This document shows, one piece after another, positions 58,073-64,000 of a stretch of 64,000 nt of DNA. Position 1 is the first letter of the stretch. Every line of letters begins with the position of its first letter. The translations under genes and the position numbers were made by a program. The notes under the pieces were generated by a model, which did no database searches, was not told the DNA's origin, and worked only from the letters and a program-made list of their open reading frames with translations. Source of the stretch: Nanobdellota archaeon (GTDB taxonomy: Archaea; Nanobdellota; Nanobdellia; Parvarchaeales; Parvarchaeaceae); NCBI GenBank assembly GCA_021791655.1, contig JAJYWD010000003.1, forward strand, positions 166 to 64,165. Direction: 5' to 3'.

Positions 58073-58324
58073 CTAACTACTAGAGAGCCTAGACAGATAT
58101 AATGTAACTATCACCGCTATCACTGTGACAACCGCAGCATAAGACAAAAGGGCAACCACATCATTGTAGGTACCGAAAACTAGTGAGAATATTTTCTGTA
58201 TTGCGGCATTCCATGCAAGTGCGGCCACCAAACCGAAGGCGGATATTATCAGCGTAGCTATCTTCTCAACGCTACCCTTAGTTATAGACCCAACTTCCTT
58301 TTTCACTCCGCGGCGATCGTTCAT
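58073..58324 (-). CDS. small two-TM membrane protein
   Basis: ORF track; hydrophobic helices. Confidence 0.35.
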   Translation of the reverse strand: MNDRRGVKKEVGSITKGSVEKIATLIISAFGLVAALAWNAAIQKIFSLVFGTYNDVVALLSYAAVVTVIAVIVTLYLSRLSSS

Positions 58325-58428
58325 GAAAGGTAAATCATATGGAAGCTTAAAAATATTGTTTTATATCCAGCACAAAGCGTGGTAGCTACGAGTGTCCATA
58401 AATCAACTGGTTAAAGGCTTGGCAACGG

Positions 58429-58683
58429 TTAATCCAATTTTCCCACACCGTCAAGAGGCCTGAAGTCGAGAAGTGTTCTGGCGGTAGAGATATCGTATAG
58501 GACGGGACGGTTATCAGACACTGCGTTCAGAATCAGAAAACTATCCCTTAGGTTGACGGTTATGCACTTATCAATGAACTGAACACAGTCATTATGACTC
58601 AGCCAGACGGCAGAATACCCTAGCTCGTCCACGAAAGGATCGGAGTGCGTCCTTGCTACAGGAGCAAAGCCTTTAGAGCCCAC
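58429..58683 (-). CDS. hypothetical protein of 84 aa
   Basis: ORF track only. Confidence 0.3.
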   Translation of the reverse strand: MGSKGFAPVARTHSDPFVDELGYSAVWLSHNDCVQFIDKCITVNLRDSFLILNAVSDNRPVLYDISTARTLLDFRPLDGVGKLD

Positions 58684-58783
58684 ACGCTTAAATACCGTTC
58701 CGAATTACCATCCGTTTGAAATTAGGACATCGCCTAATTACTGGTTCTATCGTATTTATACTAGACTCTTTCATGGGATAATT

Positions 58784-59143
58784 ATGGCCGGGAAAGGAAC
58801 GCAGCAGGATTTTTATAGCAGGATGAAGGACACAGAGAAGACGCTGCAGAGGAAGCTAGAGCCGGAAGAATTCGCCTTTCTTGCAGTGTGCAACGGCTTT
58901 TCAGAGGGATACATAAAGAAAGTCACAGGTGTGGAGATTTACAGGCCTCTCGTTCTGTACGGCAGCAATCCAAGTAAGTGCAGGGAATGTGGCGGCACGC
59001 TAGAAGTGACATTGAATTGTACCAAAGACGCGAAGGAGGTAGTATGCGGATCGTGCGGGGTGGTGGCTGCGGAATACGACAGTGACGAAGACCCGAACGA
59101 ATTCTCAAAGCCATCGCTAGAATTCATAGTTAGACGCAAGTGA
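58784..59143 (+). CDS. Zn-ribbon protein (CxxC...CxxC) with an acidic C-terminus
   Basis: CRECGG...CGSCG four-Cys motif. Confidence 0.4.
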   Translation: MAGKGTQQDFYSRMKDTEKTLQRKLEPEEFAFLAVCNGFSEGYIKKVTGVEIYRPLVLYGSNPSKCRECGGTLEVTLNCTKDAKEVVCGSCGVVAAEYDSDEDPNEFSKPSLEFIVRRK

Positions 59144-59153
59144 AAAATGGCGT

Positions 59154-60353
59154 TTAGAACGGATTCTCCTCATCGAAAAGGTAATCGGCGAACTTCTCCT
59201 CAACCGCGGCTCTGTTCGCTCTAACCCTTTCAAGAAAACCATTTATCTCAGAAACGGCTAGTTCCTTCATTTCTCCGCTGAGCATTTTTCCTGAGCGGTA
59301 ATCTGAATAAATCTTCTGCACTTTTTTCTTGTCCGATTCTAGCAGTTTGTAAGTGTTGAATGAAAAATCCACGTCCGGGTTGGCGCCGTACTTCCTCTGC
59401 TCATCCGCCGTGTCCCTGCCGCCGGAGAACGCGTACTTTACTATTTTATGGCGCACGGTCTTGGCGTCATCGCTTAGGTATATCGCGCTGGACTTATCGG
59501 AAGCTGACATCTTTGAGTTACCGGCTAGTGAGGGCAGAAATTTAGAAATTATAGAAGCTGGCTTGTAGAATCCTATCTTCGGGAGTATGTCCCTGGCAAT
59601 CTTGAAGTGGTCGTCCTGGTCTATTGCGTACGGTATCAGGCACCTGACGTTTTTCTTCTTCATCACGGACACTAGGAAAGCCGGCACGCTCTGCATGGAA
59701 GTGAAAAAGAACTTGCCAACGTTATCGCTATCTGTTAGGCCGAAAACCCCTTTCACCGTGGAGGCCGTAAGGTGTCTCGCGACCTTTATTGCGTTGTTGT
59801 ATAGAGTTTTTGCGTGGATAGAATCGATTATTATGTGCGTATTTGCGGGCTGAAAACCAAGACTTAGTATGTCCACGACGTTACTATACGTGAACTTACT
59901 TATTTGCCCCTCGCTCAGGTCCTTCACAAGGTACTTCTCGTCATCCGTAAGTTGTATAACGAGATGAACGCCAAATTTGTCCTGCAGCCATTTCGTAAAC
60001 AGAAACGGCATAAGATGACCGAGGTGCATGTCGCCGGACGGACCGCGGCCGGTGTAGAGATAGAATTCCTCGCCATTTTCGAACGCGTCGAGGAGCAAAT
60101 CGAGATCCCTGTGCGCGAAAAAGGTCTTGTCCTCAAGAAACGGGTGGAGACCGTGCGTTAGCCCGCCAAGTCTTCCCAGAAGTTTATCATCTATCAGCTT
60201 CGCACCGAAGTCATTCACTATCTTTGTGTAAACTTTGTCATCAAAATTCCCTGAAACTTCCCAAGGATTTATCTTTATCTCGTCCATATAAATCATTGAT
60301 ACACCAGTATAAAATTCTTTTTTATTGATTGAGCGAGGTTCAGTTTCGTGCAA
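59154..60353 (-). CDS. trpS: tryptophanyl-tRNA synthetase, archaeal/eukaryotic type
   Basis: Class I motifs PSGDMHLGHL (HIGH) and KMSAS (KMSKS). Confidence 0.85.
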   Translation of the reverse strand: MHETEPRSINKKEFYTGVSMIYMDEIKINPWEVSGNFDDKVYTKIVNDFGAKLIDDKLLGRLGGLTHGLHPFLEDKTFFAHRDLDLLLDAFENGEEFYLYTGRGPSGDMHLGHLMPFLFTKWLQDKFGVHLVIQLTDDEKYLVKDLSEGQISKFTYSNVVDILSLGFQPANTHIIIDSIHAKTLYNNAIKVARHLTASTVKGVFGLTDSDNVGKFFFTSMQSVPAFLVSVMKKKNVRCLIPYAIDQDDHFKIARDILPKIGFYKPASIISKFLPSLAGNSKMSASDKSSAIYLSDDAKTVRHKIVKYAFSGGRDTADEQRKYGANPDVDFSFNTYKLLESDKKKVQKIYSDYRSGKMLSGEMKELAVSEINGFLERVRANRAAVEEKFADYLFDEENPF

Positions 60354-60444
60354 ACCAATTTAAATGGCTGCTGCATAAAAAGTAGGTGGAAAAAGACAAA
60401 GAGAAATGTGCATGCGGGAACTCGGAAGAGGACGATTCTGAAAC

Positions 60445-60804
60445 TTGTTGCTGCGGGCATTGTGGGGGCTGATTACTATGGCTATGCAGGAGATAAACGG
60501 CTTAGAAGAATTTAACGCGAACGTTTTGAACTCGGATGTTCCGGTGGTAATAGACATGTGGGCTGCATGGTGCATGCCGTGCAGGAGATACTCACCGATA
60601 ATAGAGCAGTTGTCTGGAGAGTACACACAAAAAGTTAAGTTCATGAAAGTCAATGTGGATGAAAACTATGACTTGGCCACAAAGTACAACATACAAAGCA
60701 TACCGACTACGCTGTTGATAACAAATGGCAGGGTAAAGGCAGAACTTATAGGGGCGGTGCCAACCCAGGAACTTAAAAAATGGCTGGAAACTAATCTGAA
60801 GTAA
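60445..60804 (+). CDS. trxA: thioredoxin
   Basis: WAAWCMPC active site and the thioredoxin fold pattern. The start is probably an internal Met. Confidence 0.75.
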   Translation: MLLRALWGLITMAMQEINGLEEFNANVLNSDVPVVIDMWAAWCMPCRRYSPIIEQLSGEYTQKVKFMKVNVDENYDLATKYNIQSIPTTLLITNGRVKAELIGAVPTQELKKWLETNLK

Positions 60805-60872
60805 TTTCAGTATAAATTTCTGAACGTTACGACTCGCGCATTAAATTTTAATATTAGTGGCTCATAGTTATA

Positions 60873-62684
60873 GTGTTACTTATGACGGACTTCAGCTGGA
60901 TGACTGGTGGAAAGCAGGGGAGCGGCATAGATTCGGCACTCGAAGTGTTTTCCAGAATAATGATGAAGCACGGCTATTACATTTTCGGGTACAGAGAGTA
61001 TTTTTCAAACATAAAGGGCGCACACAGCTTTTTTACTGTGCGCGTGTCCGATTCCAGAAAAAGTTCCTTGGGCAGCAAGGTCGACATCGCCATTTTCTTC
61101 GACAATGAATCGATACTCGGCGAGAAGAACGCCAGGGGCGGGCTTGTGCACGAGGGCCACGTAAAGGACCTAAAAGCAGGTGGGACTCTCATAATAGACT
61201 CAAAAACCGACGCCTCAAAGATAACCAGAAAGGACATAAATGTGCTCAGCATTGATTTCGACGCGATAATAAAAGATTCCGCTGACAAACTGAAAATGCA
61301 AGCGAGCGAGACCACCATCGCAAAGAACATAGTGTGCGTAGCCGCGTCCATTTATCTTATAGGTTTGCCGGGAGAGGAGATAGAAAATGCACTGCGTGCG
61401 GTGTTTGCGCATAAGTCTCAAAAGATAATAGACATGAACATAACTGTTGCGGATACCACTATATCTTTCATAAAGAATAATGCATTCAAGCAGATTATGC
61501 AGTTGCCAGTCCTTCCGCAAAGGGATTTACTCTACATGGAAGGGTCCACTGCGACAGCTATCGGAAAGGCAATCGCTGGATGCAAAATGCAGATTTATTA
61601 TCCGATAACCCCGGCGAGCGACGAGAGTGAGTTTATAGAAGCACATACAGAATTAGGCATAAGAGTTGCGCAACCTGAAAGCGAACTAGCCGTCCTGAGC
61701 ATGGCTACGGGAGCTTCTCTGACGGGAATCAGATCTGCAGTTTCTACCTCTAGCCCAGGACTATCACTTATGACGGAGACCATCACATGGGCTGGGATCA
61801 CAGAGACGCCGATAGTCCTAGTAGACCACCAAAGAGGCGCGCCGGCAACCGGCCAGCCGACCCGAACGGAGCAGGCCGATTTACTGTTCGCAGTGCATCA
61901 GGGGCATGGAGATTTCGGCAGAGTAGTGATCGCTCCTGGAAACGCTGAAGAGTCCATAGGAATGACCGCGCTAGCTTTCAATTACGCAGAGAGGTACCAG
62001 CTCCCAGTAATAGTCTTGGGTGAGAAGAACTTATCCCAAGCTTCAGTCAGTATAGACAAGTCCCTTGTCGAAAACATAAAAGCAGCATACAGAGTAGACC
62101 GGGGAAAACTCATAAGTAACGGCGGCCCCGATTACAAACGTTACCAATTCACACCAGACAATATATCTACACGCATAGCACTTGGTGACCCTACGGCCAT
62201 AATATGGATGACGGGTGACGAACACGATGAATGGGGACACATATCAGAGGAGACTGACAATAGAAACAAGATGATGGAGAAGCGAACCGGCAAAACCGAC
62301 CTGATACTTTCTACTATCCCAAAAGAGGAGAAATTCAACCTGATTGGCGATGCCGCAAAGGCGGATTTGCTAGTAGTTGGCTGGGGAGGAACAACATCCG
62401 CGATAACGGAAGCATTGATGCCGAACACGGCTTTTCTTCAGGTTAAGCTGATAGAACCACTGCCTAAGGAGATACCAGAACTTATAAAAGCCGCGAAGAA
62501 GAGCGTGTGCATAGAACAGAATATAAGCGGACAGCTTAAACAGCACATCGCAGCAAAGACTGGCGTGGTAATAGAAAATCAGATTCTGAAGTATAACGGA
62601 AGACCAATGAGATACGATGAGATAAGGGACGGCTTAAACAGGATATTGAGGGGGGAAAAAAGGGTGGTACTTAATGCCTACTGA
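60873..62684 (+). CDS. 2-oxoacid:ferredoxin oxidoreductase alpha subunit (fused gamma-alpha type)
   Basis: 603 aa with POR/KOR gamma plus alpha domains, as in two-subunit archaeal OFORs. Confidence 0.8.
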   Translation: MLLMTDFSWMTGGKQGSGIDSALEVFSRIMMKHGYYIFGYREYFSNIKGAHSFFTVRVSDSRKSSLGSKVDIAIFFDNESILGEKNARGGLVHEGHVKDLKAGGTLIIDSKTDASKITRKDINVLSIDFDAIIKDSADKLKMQASETTIAKNIVCVAASIYLIGLPGEEIENALRAVFAHKSQKIIDMNITVADTTISFIKNNAFKQIMQLPVLPQRDLLYMEGSTATAIGKAIAGCKMQIYYPITPASDESEFIEAHTELGIRVAQPESELAVLSMATGASLTGIRSAVSTSSPGLSLMTETITWAGITETPIVLVDHQRGAPATGQPTRTEQADLLFAVHQGHGDFGRVVIAPGNAEESIGMTALAFNYAERYQLPVIVLGEKNLSQASVSIDKSLVENIKAAYRVDRGKLISNGGPDYKRYQFTPDNISTRIALGDPTAIIWMTGDEHDEWGHISEETDNRNKMMEKRTGKTDLILSTIPKEEKFNLIGDAAKADLLVVGWGGTTSAITEALMPNTAFLQVKLIEPLPKEIPELIKAAKKSVCIEQNISGQLKQHIAAKTGVVIENQILKYNGRPMRYDEIRDGLNRILRGEKRVVLNAY

Positions 62685-63633
62685 AGAAGTCAATAACGCG
62701 GAAAAACCAAGTACGGTTACTCCGATTAGTCTTACTTCTAATGAATTGAATGATTGGTGTCCGGGATGCGGAGATAGTGGTATAGTAATGGCTGTAAAGA
62801 ACGCAATCGCGGGTGTCGGTTTGGACCCGCACAAGACGGTAATAGTTTCTGGTATAGGCTGCTCATCAAAGCTCCCCCATCTCGTAAATGTTAACGGCGT
62901 ACACACGTTACACGGTAGACCGATACCGTTTGCCGAGGGCATAAAGCTTGCGAACCCCGAGCTGACAGTTCTTATAGACAGTGGCGACGGCGATACATAC
63001 GGAATAGGTGCAGGCCACTTTGTAAGCGCCGGAAGACGAAACGTAGACATAAAGCTATTTATACACAACAACGGCGTGTACGCGCTTACCAAGGGACAGG
63101 CAAGTCCGACACTGCCGGAGGGAATCAAAGTCAAGGGTATACCTGCGCCAAACATAAACGGACCATTAGCGCCTTTAGCTATAGCGATAATGGCCGGGTA
63201 CACGTTCATAGCGAGGACACAGAGTTACAATGTAAAGGAACAGACGGATCTAATGATAAAGGCCATAAAGCACAAAGGCCTTGCATTAATCGACATATAC
63301 CAAGGTTGCCCTACGTACAATCCTGAATTCACGAGCGCACCGTGGTTCATACAGCACGTAAAGTCTCTTCCGCAGGATTACGATGGAATAGTTCACAATA
63401 CCACAGACATGGAAGAAGTGGACAAGAAAAAGCTGCAGGCGCTCAACGTTTTACTGCACGAAACACCAGACGATTTGCATTCAGGTCTGTTCTTCCAGTG
63501 GGAGAACCAGGACACATTTGAGGACAGGCTAATCAAACGAGGTATAAAGTCTCCTATAGAGCAGGTAATAGCAGATCCAGAAGGCAGATCAACCACGGAC
63601 CTAACGAAAGTGTTTGAAGATCTCTCAAGCTAA
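62674..63633 (+). CDS. 2-oxoacid:ferredoxin oxidoreductase beta subunit (TPP-binding)
   Basis: CPGCGD, GIGCSS and GDGD..GIG TPP motifs. 11-nt overlap with the alpha subunit gene. Confidence 0.8.
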   Translation: MPTEEVNNAEKPSTVTPISLTSNELNDWCPGCGDSGIVMAVKNAIAGVGLDPHKTVIVSGIGCSSKLPHLVNVNGVHTLHGRPIPFAEGIKLANPELTVLIDSGDGDTYGIGAGHFVSAGRRNVDIKLFIHNNGVYALTKGQASPTLPEGIKVKGIPAPNINGPLAPLAIAIMAGYTFIARTQSYNVKEQTDLMIKAIKHKGLALIDIYQGCPTYNPEFTSAPWFIQHVKSLPQDYDGIVHNTTDMEEVDKKKLQALNVLLHETPDDLHSGLFFQWENQDTFEDRLIKRGIKSPIEQVIADPEGRSTTDLTKVFEDLSS

Positions 63634-63666
63634 TCTATGTCCAGCCAAAGCTTGTTATTTCTGTCT

Positions 63667-64000
63667 TTACATGTAACCGAAAAGCCTTAGCTTTTCCATT
63701 ACTCCTTCTTTGTCCTGCGACCTGCCCGCTCTTTCCTTTGTGTGCTCTAGGTCCTGTTCCCAGGCAGGGAGATTGCTAGTTTTCTTTGAGTCTCGCTTCC
63801 CATCTATCGATCGGTAGCCCAACTTGTACAGAGGATTTATCGGCAACTTCTCTTTGAACATGTATTCCCACACATTCCTTTCCGTGAACGGCAGGATAGG
63901 CTGGACGCGCACGTGGTCCGGATGAACCCTAGGACTTATGAAAACTTCGGTTGATCTTGCAGCATTCTCATCCCACCTTACCCCAGTGAAAAGTGCGTCA
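63667..64000 (-). CDS. PAPS reductase/ATP-sulfurylase-like (PP-loop family) protein, C-terminal part; the N-terminus lies beyond the window end
   Basis: ERNVWEYMF...NPLYKLGYRSID resembles the CysH-family C-terminus, but with SIDG where CysH has SIGC. The frame stays open to position 64000. Confidence 0.45.
   Translation of the reverse strand, partial: DALFTGVRWDENAARSTEVFISPRVHPDHVRVQPILPFTERNVWEYMFKEKLPINPLYKLGYRSIDGKRDSKKTSNLPAWEQDLEHTKERAGRSQDKEGVMEKLRLFGYM

Noticed and set aside
1-64000. CRISPR arrays, IS elements, transposases, integrases, rRNA genes
   Set aside because: No regularly spaced direct repeats, no DDE, tyrosine or serine recombinase-like ORFs, and no rRNA-like sequence were seen anywhere in the window.

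Overview
This 64 kb window is a gene-dense archaeal chromosomal segment, euryarchaeal and Thermoplasmata-like in gene content. It carries the DNA polymerase II (PolD) large subunit, FtsZ, GatD/GatE, fibrillarin with Nop5, TFE, RpoF, L21e/L40e, AglB, archaeal-type TrpRS/ThrRS, a two-subunit 2-oxoacid:ferredoxin oxidoreductase and cytochrome bd. Eight tRNA genes are present; tRNA-Trp and tRNA-Lys each contain an intron. GC content is about 45%, apart from an AT-rich stretch of roughly 2 kb at 16.3-18.3 kb. No CRISPR array, rRNA, transposase or integrase was seen. The five most interesting items are these. First, a co-directional minus-strand cluster at 35.8-39.9 kb encodes two pilin-like secreted proteins, a hypothetical protein, a degenerate KaiC-like protein, a KaiC-like::Ras-like small GTPase fusion and a Roadblock/LC7 protein; this is a candidate NTPase switch module for an archaeal type IV pilus-like surface structure. 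Second, a 5' leader/promoter cassette is duplicated in front of two unrelated minus-strand genes (13.36-13.72 kb and 19.25-19.50 kb); it consists of a TATA box with a GGGA-N2-TCCC operator-like palindrome, plus a 41-nt near-identical block that folds into a hairpin, shows one compensatory base-pair change, and abuts GGAGGAUG. Third, decayed folK and folE fragments sit next to an intact pterin-4a-carbinolamine dehydratase gene. Fourth, there is an EF-Tu-like protein whose GTPase motifs are degenerate. Fifth, there is a bacterial-type CoaD. Coordinates of RNA genes and motifs were read directly from the sequence; all protein function calls rest on recognisable motifs in the supplied translations, and no database searches were run.
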